Under the pieces are notes generated by a model that had not been told where the DNA came from, searched no databases, and saw only the letters and a list, made by a program, of their open reading frames with translations. A stretch of DNA of 64,000 nt, taken from Lama glama. Its lineage: Eukaryota. Numbering within the stretch: the stretch's first letter is position 1; the number at the start of each line of letters is the position of its first letter. Below, piece after piece: positions 13,316 to 25,066 of this stretch. The stretch is from NCBI GenBank assembly GCA_028534125.1, contig CM052816.1, forward strand, positions 35,838,001 through 35,902,000, read 5' to 3'. A program made the position numbers and the translations under genes.

Positions 13316-13440
13316 ATGTTGCACGTGGAGATGTTGACGCTGATATTTCTGGTGCTCTGGATGTGTGTGTTCAGCCAGGACCCGGGCTCCAAGGCCGTTG
13401 CCGATCGCTACGCCGTCTACTGGAACAGCAGCAACCCCAG
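13316..13440 (+). CDS. EFNA5: Ephrin-A5 coding exon 1 (signal peptide and start of ephrin receptor-binding domain); 5' partial CDS, remaining exons lie beyond the window
   Basis: ATG at 13316 gives MLHVEMLTLIFLVLWMCVFSQDPGSKAVADRYAVYWNSSNP(R). This matches the ephrin-A5 N-terminus as I recall it (human has V at position 10), including the ephrin-A DRYAVYWNSSNP motif and the N37 sequon. The 125 nt exon ends at a canonical CAG|GTAAGG donor (phase 2) inside a CpG island. Confidence 0.97.
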
Positions 13441-16400
13441 GTAAGGCAGTGGGGGTGGGGGGGGGGGGAGCGGAAAGCCAGGGCTATCCGGGCCTAGGGG
13501 CCCTGCGGAAGGAGCGGCCGCGCCTGGGTCCAGTGCGCATCGGCCGCCTGCGGCGCTCACTCTCAGAGCCTGCATCGCCCGGCGCCGGTGGCTTTCGAGG
13601 CGCCCGCGGGAAACGCTCCCGTCGCACCCCTCTTTGTTAAGACGCGGCAAAGACCCCGGGCGTCCCCGGGGTTGCTCAGACCCTCTGCCTCTGCGGAGCG
13701 CGGGACACTCGAAAAAGGCGGGAGCCCGGGAGTCGAGACTTCGCTTCCCCACCCGGCAGGCTGGCCAGCATCCGGATCCAGGCGCAGGGCTTGGGCACGG
13801 GGAGCCCCAGGTGCCCGCCACCAGGAGCCCCCGCTTGGAGTGCCGGTGCGCAGGGACTGGGGAGAGAACCTGCCAGATATCCCGAAGTTTGGAGGGTATT
13901 TTTGGTTTGGTTTGGTTTTTAATTTTCCTTCCCTTTTTTCCGGTGCGCTCCGAGAGCGCACTGGCTGGGGGAAGTGAAGGGGGCTGGGAAGCGGAAGCTT
14001 TAGGTTTTTATTTTCCTCTTTAACTGGGAGGAAATCATCCGGCCCCTAGGTCAGTCTGGGCCCTGCTTTCTTGGCAGTATAGAGGATTCTCCCACCTCCT
14101 CCACCACCCGGTGGGCCAAGGTGCTAGAAAGTTTGGTCTAATGCCGGGTTACGTCATGCATGCGGAGCTAGCTGCTGGAGTTGGCCGAACCGGGAGGTGG
14201 GAGCGCTTCGTCTGAAGCCCGGCGGCGTGCAGCAGGAGGAACACGCGCGGTTACCTGGAACCGTTTTGCGGGCGTCCCCGAAGCCCGCAGAGTACGCGGG
14301 ATGTTAGAGGTGGGCGCCCCGGGTCGCACTAGCGCTCCTGCTGGACCCTGGCCACCCGCAGATGTCCCTTGCTCCCACACCCTGGAATGGGGTAGGAGTG
14401 GGGTTGTCCAGAATGCCGGGCGGACCCCTCCCGATCCAGAGTGGGTCCAAGTCCTACTTTCTACCGTGCAGCAGCCCTCTGGGCCCATATTGCTCTGCTT
14501 CTCTGGGACTGAGGCCAGCTTCCAGCTGTGGACTGGTCTTAGTCCCCACCAAGAGGGAGGGAAATAGCATTGATTATACGTAAAACCCCAGGCTTTCCCC
14601 TAGGTTGGAGTGGAAGTTAGGAGGATAGAAACGGGAGGACAAGGGGAGAGTTTGTGGTTGCTGCGTGTCCAGTGCGCCTGGGGAGAGGGAGCTGACGGGC
14701 CACCTCCAGTTTTTCCTACCTCCCAGTGGCCCTCTCCAGTCGGCCTCCCGCCTTCCTTTGTTATGCAGGCTGGGGAAAGATTCCCCCGCTTGAAGTAATG
14801 TCCTCTCGGATAAGGATGGGCAGATTTCCTTACAAGCTGTCCACCGGTTTCCAAATGGAGAGTCTCCCCAACTTGCTACCCCAGGAAAGGTAGTCACACC
14901 CGGGAAACCCAGGTCATATTTGCACTGCCTGGTCCAAGTGGAGACATCCCTGAAAGTTTGGTTAAAAAGAAAAGTCTCCTGAAGGTGGGTGGTGTGATGG
15001 AAAGCAATTTCTTATTTGACATGCCACTTACCACTATTAGGAAAAGAGAAAGAGAAGCCATCCTGCCAGAAGAGATGCCTTTTATTAAAGCTGACAAGAC
15101 AAATAGAGCAAGCTTTCCAGTTGTGATGGTGTTAAAAGCAAGTCTCATTATGTTGGCTGGTTTTATTCCCTTTTGGGCTTTATTAGACAGCATATACGAA
15201 ACAGGAATTTATATTTCTAAACTTTAGTGCTTTATTAAATAGAAATTGATTAGTTGAATTTGGGACTATTTGCTTTTGGTTGTCTCCCCCTCCACCCCGC
15301 TCCAAACTTCACAGCATAATCTTTTTCTCATTGTATTAATTGTTTTGGATACTTGGGTGTTCCAGTCATCTGGGTTAAAACAGAAAGAATTAGCAACATT
15401 CCCACTCTGCCCCTCCTTCTTAACCTGTCAAGCTAGTCTGAGTTAGTTTGAGGACATTTTATCTTAGGTTCTCTCTGTTTTATGCTTTTGATACTGTTGT
15501 TTGGTTTGAGATTAGTACATTGATTTCTGTCACAGGTCATGTTTTTTAATAGATCTGCCCTGCATGTAGAAAATTCTTCTGCTCAGGAAGCCATGGTGGC
15601 TTTGAACCTACCCAAAGTTAATCTGTAGAATTTTAGAATACCAAGAGTATTCTCAAGTCAGTGTTCTTATTTGAGGTTTGTGGAAATATCTTTCTATTCG
15701 ATCATTAACAATTTAGTAATGTTCAAAAGAAAGAATGAGGTGCCCCCCCCCAAGAGATTCAGCTCTAACTTTAGTACTCTTAGAGGCTTGTAGTTGTGTT
15801 ATCTTCATATGTTACCACAGTAAAACTTCTACTTTAAAAAGTAATGTAATTTTAAAATTACGTACTGGTGCACAAATTTATCTTAGAAATTTTGAATAAG
15901 ATGGTGCTTTTCTGGTGAATAAAGAACAGTCAGCTTGGATGTAATTTAAAAGGAGCCAAATGCAAAATAAGTAATTTAGAAATAAACAGTTCATCACAAA
16001 AGATAGTGAAAAAATATTTTAGAAAATTTGCGGAGGTTTACTAAATTTAAACATTTTAATGTTTTACATTTCCTTTTCATCTGCGTTATCACTTTGTAAA
16101 GTAAGCTAGCCATGACTTTCGGTTTTACCTAAATCCTCTCTTTTAAGATTTTGCTAAACTAATAAATATAATTAGATGTAAATCTTTTGGGAAAAAGTGG
16201 AAAACTTTAACTGCGACTTAAATAGATTTAAAACGCTCTTCTCTTAGAAGAAAAGTTAGATTGGACATATTAAGCTGATCATAAATGGATATTGTGGCAA
16301 AATGAAGTAAATATATTTAAAGTTATACTAATGAACTATACTAATGAACATAGTTTATCAGCTGCTTTGGATTTCATTACTGACTCTACTGATACCATAA

Positions 16401-19400
16401 GCATCCATTGATCCACAGAGGGAAAAATTTAAAACTTACTGTCAGATAGTTTTGCTATTAGGATCTGTCTTCTCAGGTATTCACTTCTGTGAAGTAGATA
16501 TTCAGTTTTCAAATGCTGATAACTTTTTAATTGACAGTATTTATTGGGCCGTGGGCCAAACTGATTTCGTGCTGACTTGCCAAAGACCTCTAACGTAGCA
16601 ACTGAGACCTGTCAGTCTGAATAGAAATATAGGATAACATTAGAGTAAATGCATTTTTCATAAACATTTGAGAAGTTGCATGAGTTTCACCTCAATAGTG
16701 AGAGCAATAGGAGGATCCTTTTAATGTTATGCCAAATTCTGAACCGGCATATTACTAAGTTTGAGTAATGAAAATCCAAGTCAAGAGGAATACAACTGTT
16801 CTTAATTTCTTTAATAATTGAGAAAGCTTTAAAGTGCCTTTAAAAAAGACTTTTGATTATAAAACTTTCTTTGTGTTCTCCCTTAGTAGCTCTTCTTAAA
16901 AGATAGAGGTGACTCAATATTAAGAGTATGCCTCTTAACCTGAAGCATGCTATAAACAGTTTGGTGCTTCCAAAGAGAATATTTTGTCAAATGCTGTGTA
17001 TATTGAAAAGTTCTTGGATTCATTTGACCAGTTGCCAAAATGATGCTAGTATAATTAAACATGTCTCTTTCTGGTTGGCATTAATGAATGGAATAGTAAA
17101 ATAATACAATGTAAAATATAACCAGCACACTTTAAGAGTACTGATATTCCTCAGTTACTACTTTGCTTCTGTCAAGGTTTGAGTATCACCAATTTGAAAT
17201 GTTATTCTCTTATGGGAAAAAAATATCTGTATAATTCATCCCGGGTTGTCTAAATTTTAACCTAATCATATATTTTCTCTGGACTTGTAAATTAGACATT
17301 TCATGTTAGAGTAGCAGGTAATTGGCACCATTTAGTTTTGCTAACATGTAATCTTGGAGTTGTGAAAGTGATGTGAATTCTAGGTCAGCATTCCCAGACC
17401 TTTCAGGCAGTATAGGTCATAAGCATGTGACTAGAGAGAAGTAGTAACATTTTTTTCCTAATCATAACCCTTGGGTATTTTTCCTCTTTTAAAATTTACT
17501 TGTTTTGTTTGTAAAAATCTGAGCTGTTACTGTTTTATTATATGTGTACTAGTACTGAGCCTTTTCCACTGACAAATGAGATCAATTTGGTTTAAATCTA
17601 AGAATTTGTTTGGAGGAAAGATGGAAAGTTGATTTTGGTTTTGAATGTGTTTTATCACCAAACTTGTTAAGGATTAACTTTATTTTTTTGAAATTTTAAG
17701 TGTTTTAAATAGTATTTTACACATTAGAGACTTGAAAGTTTTTCAAGTAAAAGGCATTACTTAGAATCTTTTAACTTTATTAACTCTGAACCTCAGTGTA
17801 ATGTATCACTTTATTGGATGTAATGAGGTAATTTTATTATTTTGATATTTATATCAAGTTTTATCTGAACTTCTGGATAAAAATAAGATAGTGTGATAAA
17901 GATTTATCCCATGTTTTTACCCTCATCCATTTATACAAAGCCTGAAATGAATCTTCCCCCTTTCATCCTGTTTTTGATTTAGACATTTGTAGGAGAAAAC
18001 TATGCGTCTTATTTTTGGCCAGTTTTCCATAGAAGTTTGAAAGCAAAATAAACTACTGAGATGTTATGTTGCATCAGTTTTATGCATTACATTATATATT
18101 CGTAATAAGCTATCAAAAACAGTCAACTGTTTTTTTAGGTGACTAAAACTGGAACATCAGTGCTGTTTGAGGCACACTTGGCTGTACAATGTAATTTGGC
18201 ATTTCCAGTGTGAGGACCAAGGTCAATAAACTCCTTGTGATGAAAAGAACCAGGGTGAGCCTTCAGTAGTTCGTTACTCCCTGTTAGTTGATTTTAGTGA
18301 TAGTAACTCAACCTTATTGGCTCCCTGGCTGAATATCTTTTTGCCATGTGTGTTCTGGCTGATAATCAGTAGTTTTAGAGGCTTCCACCTTTGAAGGCTG
18401 AGGATCGGATTTGGAAGGAGCCCTTAGTTATTTGGGGGCAAATTAACCTTGTGAATTTCTTGCCATTTAATCTTGCAAGATGCCTTCTGAACAGGCATGT
18501 CATTGCATTCTGTCCACTGTCCTGATTTCCTGTTGGATAGGGACAGATAAAGATGAGCGCCTCCTTTTCTCCCCTGTTGCTATGAACCAAGCAAGCTACC
18601 AGCTTCATGCTGGGCCAAGAAAATGAATGAATACAATTAGTCCTTCAGGAGTCTTGGCCTTTGCAAGCTTAGGCGTATATGCCAAAAGAATGTACCTTTG
18701 AAAAAAAGAAAATATTAAAATATAAGATGAACCAAACATAAGAATATGTTAAGAACAGAATTTTACTTAGGGGTAGCATTTGGTTTATTGTTAAGTGTTT
18801 TTTTTTTTTCCCAATGTAAATCATTTGATTAGACATTTTTTAAAAAGATGCCCCTGAGCCTGCTTCACTTTTTGTGTTTGTTTTGAATAACTTCCAGGAG
18901 TAATGAGGGTTTAAAAAGCTGTAATATTTTATTTTAAGTAATGAACCACCCTATGTTAACTGATGCCATATTATTGGTTTTCTTTTCAGAAACTAAAGAA
19001 ACTGTTAAAAAATATCAGCCCTAAATAGCATGCTGATGTTGAAAAGGAAGCTGGAGTGTGCCTAAGTATAGTGAGGGAGGCCCTGGCCACTAACCCTGAG
19101 GACTCAGTCAGGACCAGTTTTCCAGACTGAGGAAAAGTGGCCTTTTGATCATTTGTGACGGATCACACCTTCATATTCAGATACAAAAACCTCAAAGAGG
19201 AGTGTAAGAAATGAGATATTAATATTCACTTTTAGTAATTTGTCTTGCGGTAGTGGTCTTAGACAGCTAAACGTCAATAAATTACTGTCTCTTTTAAGGG
19301 CCTGATTTATATTATTAGATTTATATTTTAGTCTGCTTCTCAGCCTGTATCCTGAACTGTTTTGTAGAAAAGTTTCTTGTGATTAATTTGAACTTCTAGT

Positions 19401-22400
19401 GTTTCTGAACGAGATATTACTCACTACCAGGAGATCTGTTTCTTCTGAAATTTGCCTGCATTTATGTTTTCAAAATTGTCAGTTATAAACAAGGCAGCAC
19501 AATGACACAGAACCACTTAGTTTAAAATTAAAAGGTAATAATGCAGGTTTTCCTGTATGGTAACTATTATGCCTAGTGTTGAGCATAAATGGAAAACGTT
19601 CCTTATATTTTAATAGTCTTTACTGCTTATTGTACTCTGAAGCATTTATTGAGAACTACTGAAATCTCCACACTGTTTTCCAATCTGAAATGTATGTGGA
19701 TGGAAACTCTTGATTTTGAGACTTTTGAATATATTATTCAAACAGTGTGCCATAAATTTCAATAAAACCATTATTTTAAAATTGTGAAAACTCCTTGAGT
19801 TAGCTAGCTGCTGAGAGACAGTAGTGTACCACAGTGATGGTTAGTTCAGCTTTCATTCAGGTAGAATTCTATCATTTTCAATAAGGGAAAATAAACCTTT
19901 GTCATCTTGAGAAACATCCTTCATGCAATTGACAGTTGACAGGTTGAAGAAAATGTTACTGTCAGGTCTTATTTTCCCCTCAAGTGAGAAATAAAAATAG
20001 TTTTGAGTGATTTTTTAAAAAATCTATTTAAAAATGATTTCACAATGGAGGAAAATGTTTTTAATTTTTATGTGTATGTCATAGAATTAACCTGCCCTTT
20101 GCTTCACGGAAGGTCATCAAGTTACAGTTCCAGGAGAGATTGTCTGACAGCTAAGTTCCTAGGGTGTTTACTTTAAAAAGTCAAATACAGTTGGTTGGTT
20201 TGTAACAGGATATCACTGGGCATTTTATGGTGGAATTCTGTAAGATATAAAGATCGCTGTTACTCCTGTTACTGCTTCTTAAGTGGCTTGATTTTCATGA
20301 CTGATGATCATGATTCTCGTATGAAGTACAAGTGGGAATTTTGGTTTTGTGAGATCTCTATGTATGTGCATTGGACAATCACGTTATTAGCACACAAAGA
20401 TCAGACCTTTTAAAAAAATTGCTTTGCTATTAAAATTTTTCAATAACTGCACAGTGTAATCCATAGGTTTCCATGTGGAAATGCATGAATACATACTTGG
20501 AGATTAGAAAAAAAATGACAAAGTTGTTGTTTCTCGATTTAGAAAAGCTATGTTTTTGGCTTTCAGTTAAATCAGCGTTTCTTTTCTTTCCTCCTAGAAG
20601 CAGCCATCTTGTTTTAAGACCGATTTTATTTCTTTCATGAAAATGGTCCGGAAATGAATATGGACGATAGAAAAGGACTGAACCACTTTATAATCATTTT
20701 GGCAGGGCTCTACATTTAAAGCTCTATCTCAGGTTATTTGTGAGCTCACTAAAATGCTGTCTATTTGTATTTTGTTGACAAAAAAGGGTATTTTAACTTA
20801 GTGATACTATATTTTAAACCCAGATATATTATTTTTTTCATGTTAAATGTTGGGCTGTACCATGTGTACCTATGTAGTTTTCTCTGGATGCTTATAATTT
20901 ATTATAACTTGTAAGTAATATATTAATAGCTTATATTATCACCCTCCACCCTGAACTCCTGACTTCCTGCTTCTGACTATACTTAGTAGTCTTTTTTATT
21001 TGTTGGTTGTCATTCTTTTTTCCAAATTGCTCAGCAGTACCAGAAATCTTTCTCTAGTAAGAGGTACTGATAAATATGTAGGTACCTCAAAAATGAAGCA
21101 TGTGGGGTGCTTTAAGAAGCATTATATGAAGTTAGAGCCTTTTGTCCCTGGAATATAGGCTTTCTTACTAAACCATTCTTGTGGGTTCTTCTAGAAAGTT
21201 ATTTTGGAAGTGAATTCATATTTGTTATTTAAAATTACAAGTGTACTAATTGAGTCTGCTCTATTTTTCCACCATGTTTTGTATTTTTGGATACATTTGG
21301 AAGAACATGTGGTCTAGTTAAACTTTACCAAAAATTTATACTACACTTCTTGCTACTGCATCTGTTTGATGATGTCTGGAAACGTTATCCCCATGTACTG
21401 CAGTAAAAACAGAATTTCTTAAGATTAATTTCAAAGTAACCTGACTCAGTCAGTCAGATTAAACTGGGCACAGATTGAATACTGCTTATGTCACAGATTG
21501 CTTCAGTCCATTAGAGGTAGGATTTTTGGTGGTTGCAGATGCAGTGTAAAGGCGGTAAATAAAATACATGTCTAAGAGCAGACTCATGGACTTCTCATCA
21601 GAGTCCAGCTATGAGTTGACAGTTTTTGTACCAAAAAGCTTTCCTCTGCTATCCATCATCTGTTTTTCTTTGGCTGTTGGAGAAATCTAAAATAACCGAG
21701 TATTCAAAGTGACCTTTTTGTCTTAAATGAACTAACAAATGCTTTTTTTTTTTTACTGCTTCTAAGGTGTCAGAGTGTCCATTCTACTTTTATTAGTGAT
21801 TTATTTCTGTGTGTAGAAACTATAATTAGCAATGCGCTCTTGCCTCCTATTATGAAAATGCATAGTATAGAAGTAAATGAAACTATTTTCTCCTGTTAAA
21901 AATGCAGTCTTGTAGTTTGAATAAAATCAAGTCATGGCTTATTTTGGTTGGGTAATTATAGTGCTAATTGTTATCCAGATTTGATGGTGATGGGCATGAT
22001 ACTTAATGTTTTTTGAAACACAGACACCCGTGGCATAAACGGCTTTATCACATTTCCCTAACTTTATGATATAATATATAGGGGACTTAACCTTCTGGTT
22101 AAGTTTTTTTTTTTTTAAATAGTATTTAATTTTATGGAGATAATTGGGAACAGGAAAAAAGGGAAAAATAATTCTAAATATGAAGAAATTATCTTTTGTG
22201 TTTAACAATTAGGTTAAACAAAGTGGGAGCAAACGAGCCTAGTTCCCCTTCTATTGTTTCAGGGCAAGAAAATACAGACAGATGTCAGAATGTGGAAGCT
22301 GTGACCTCTGACCCACACAGCATGGCCACTGCCGTGGCACACAAGTGTCCTGAGCCACCATCGTAGCAGCACTTTTTGAAGTGACTGACACTTTAGCTGG

Positions 22401-23713
22401 AGAACCTGAAACTGATTCTGTAGTTCTTTGCAGCTCTCCGAGGTTTCAGTCTTTTTAGCTCCAATTTTAAGTTAACTTACCTTTTATGAAAGATATTTCT
22501 TTGTTTGGCTCAGACAGAGCTTTTGTCACTTCTAGATGGATTCTGTATCCCTGTCGTCACTCTCAATCCTTGCCTCCCAATAAATTTATTCCTCTGGTTG
22601 GGATAATGGAGGAGGCTCAGACATATGGATCTGCTGTGCCCAAAGTGTCTGCCTGCTTTATTTAGCTAATACGTGTTTTTTTTTAAAGACAGATGAAAGC
22701 ACTGGTTTTTTTAAAGGTCTTTTCTTTTAGTCTGTGCTCTGCAATCCTGCCAATAATCCCTGGGTTCAGGCAGACCATTAATGTTGTAGATACTGTGGCA
22801 TTCAGTGTTTTCTTCATATATTTGTTTACTGTTACTGCTTCAATAAACTTTTATACCCATTTTGGTAGTTTTCTGGCAAGGGCTCCATTTATTAAAATTT
22901 AGTGACCCAGCACTAAGAGGGGTACAGTTCAGATAGTGGTGCTCCTGACAGGGTTTTATGTCAAACTAGAGAAAATAATAGGGAAATGAAAGCTGCCAAA
23001 ATGTGTCTCCCAATTACTAATTAATCAGGCGAGAAAGGACCTCAGTGACAGATCTGGTGTCTGCCACAACACCAACTCCGGGGATGCCTTATTTCAAGTA
23101 TTGTATAAAACAAATTGAAGTAAGCCTCAGGGAATGTAGCACCCAGACATTTGATACCACCAGTGCTAATTTTTTTTAAGTCTGTGAAAAATAAAGCAAA
23201 AGACAAAATTTGAAAGTGAATTTGTGTACTCTTCATTGATAGTATCAAGACATAAAGCGACTCTGTATTTCACTTATTAATAAGCAATGCTTTTATTCTT
23301 ATTCTGATTTCACTATAGATATGATAGTATTCTTGGCTTTAGTATTGATGCAGCATTGTATACATACTTTATTGTCGACAGAGACTCGGGGGAAAATTCA
23401 AAACTTTTTCTGTCATATGCCTGTCATCGATATTTTAAGCATTACTGTGTTTGAAATACAAAATCCACCCCCCCCATATATGTTTTTGCTGTGCTGTCCC
23501 AGAGGTTTCAGTCTCTTCTGGCAATGTTCCCACCGTGGTTGCTGGACCCATAGTTAAATGCCTGTTATTAGTGTATTTTTTCCATAGCATTTACAACCTA
23601 AAAAGAAAGGGTCTTGTCTGGAACTATAGTTGTCAGGGGAACAATGAAAACTAATTATACACTCTGCTATCACCGTTGTCAACTATACTCTTGGGAAAAC
23701 AACAACATGACAC

Positions 23714-23867
23714 TGTGTGTGTGTGTGTGTATGGATGAATGGGGGTGTGTATATGTATACAGATACTCCATATGAATATATATATACATGGGGTCAGACT
23801 TATCTGATGGCTTAACTTAAAACTCTGGATTCCCTGAAGCAAAAAAAAAATATATATATATATATAT
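23714..23867. repeat. (TG)8 and A10(TA)8 simple repeats
   Basis: Direct reading at 23714-23730 and 23841-23867. Confidence 0.9.
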
Positions 23868-24769
23868 GAAGGACGATCTACTTCAGTCAATTAAATAGAA
23901 ACATAACAATTCTTTACTGGGAAGAGGGTTCCTGCTTTATTATCTCTCTTTAAAATATGAACTAAGAGATTCAGCAGTATTTATGATTCTGACTATCTCA
24001 TTATTTTGAGTATTATTTTGGAATAGTCCTGTTATCGGTACATCTATGCTATGAATGTATTTGACTATTACTATATAATTATCTCTTTTACAAATTGTTA
24101 TGTCTTTACTGAGCTCTAGAATTTTGTGTTGGCATCTGGTTATTTGAGGACTAATCACTTGGTTTGTTTATTCTGTATTTCTCTCTTTCTCTTTTGATGG
24201 CTTTGACCATTTCACTGTTCAGTAGGTGGATTTGAGGAAGAAAATAAAATAAATGACTTTTCTGTAACTTATAGTAGCTTTGGTATGAGATTTGGTAAGA
24301 AAAGACTGAGACTATTGAATAACTTGAGGTTTTGGAATGAATTTTGGATTTCAGTCATCCATGCCTTCCCTGTTCTCTGGTACCACATAGAATCAGGACT
24401 TGGCCCTCTATAATGTTTTCCATTACTATTTCAATTCCTTGGGTGAATTCTCTTTACTATATTTATAACCAAAGTCAAATGGACAGATTCAGAAATTATG
24501 TATTGATTTAAACTTAGTTTTCCAAGTTTTGAAAGCAACATTAAAGCTAACTATGTAATAGTAATAATATAGCCCTATATTGAATATCTGGAAGTTACAG
24601 TTGATAAAATATTTATTGAGTGATATGTATGGATACCAGAAGACATACAGTGGATTCAGAGATGAATAACATAGCATATGTACCCTTAAGGAACTTGCAG
24701 TTTTGTGTAGATTTAAAAATTTTGTACGTGTAATCACAGTACAAAGTAGAAAATAAGAAATCACATATG

Positions 24770-24880
24770 GATTTATTCTGCAAATACTTATTGAGTGTCC
24801 ACGGTGGGCCAGGTATTGTTCTTGGCACTGGAGATGTTGCAGTAAACAATATACAAACAACACCCCTGCCATCATGAAGC
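24770..24880 (-). mobile_element. LINE-2 3' fragment
   Basis: caaatacttattgagtgtccac...gccaggtattgttcttggcactggagat...cccctgccatcatgaagc. Confidence 0.72.
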
Positions 24881-24904
24881 AGTCAATTAGTGATTTCTAG
24901 ATGA

Positions 24905-25066
24905 CTGCTTCTCACACTCTAATGTGCACACAAGTCCGCTGGGGTTTTTGTTGACATGCAGATTTATATTCAGATCTGGGGCAGGGCCTGACATTCTGCA
25001 TTTCTAGCAAGCTCCCACATGATGCTGATGCTGCTGGCCTATGAGCCACAATTTGAGCAGCAAGGT
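24905..25066. mobile_element. hAT-Charlie MITE (MER5A1-like)
   Basis: ctgcttctca...ggggcagggcctgacattctgcatttctagcaagctccc...gatgctgatgctgctgg...ccacaatttgagcagcaagg. Confidence 0.8.

Larger units (their letters stand above)
10285..14430. promoter_or_regulatory. CpG island / EFNA5 promoter region
   Basis: Abrupt switch to GC- and CpG-rich sequence spanning exon 1. Contains GC boxes, CCAAT at ~11237, TGACATCA at ~12104 and TTACGTCA at 14149-14156. Confidence 0.92.

Noticed and set aside
13064..13444. 126-aa ORF as a complete protein
   Set aside because: It starts at a GTG in the UTR and its stop lies inside the splice donor. Only 13316-13440 is supported as coding.
10275..14900. Many overlapping long ORFs on both strands (e.g. 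242 aa at 12453-13181, 179 aa at 12958-13497, 172 aa at 11384-11902)
   Set aside because: Low-complexity Arg/Pro/Gly/Ala translations are expected from stop-codon scarcity in a CpG island. No recognisable domains apart from EFNA5 exon 1.
16324..16349. 13-bp tandem duplication (tatactaatgaac x2)
   Set aside because: Ordinary slippage duplication. Only two units and no spacer structure.
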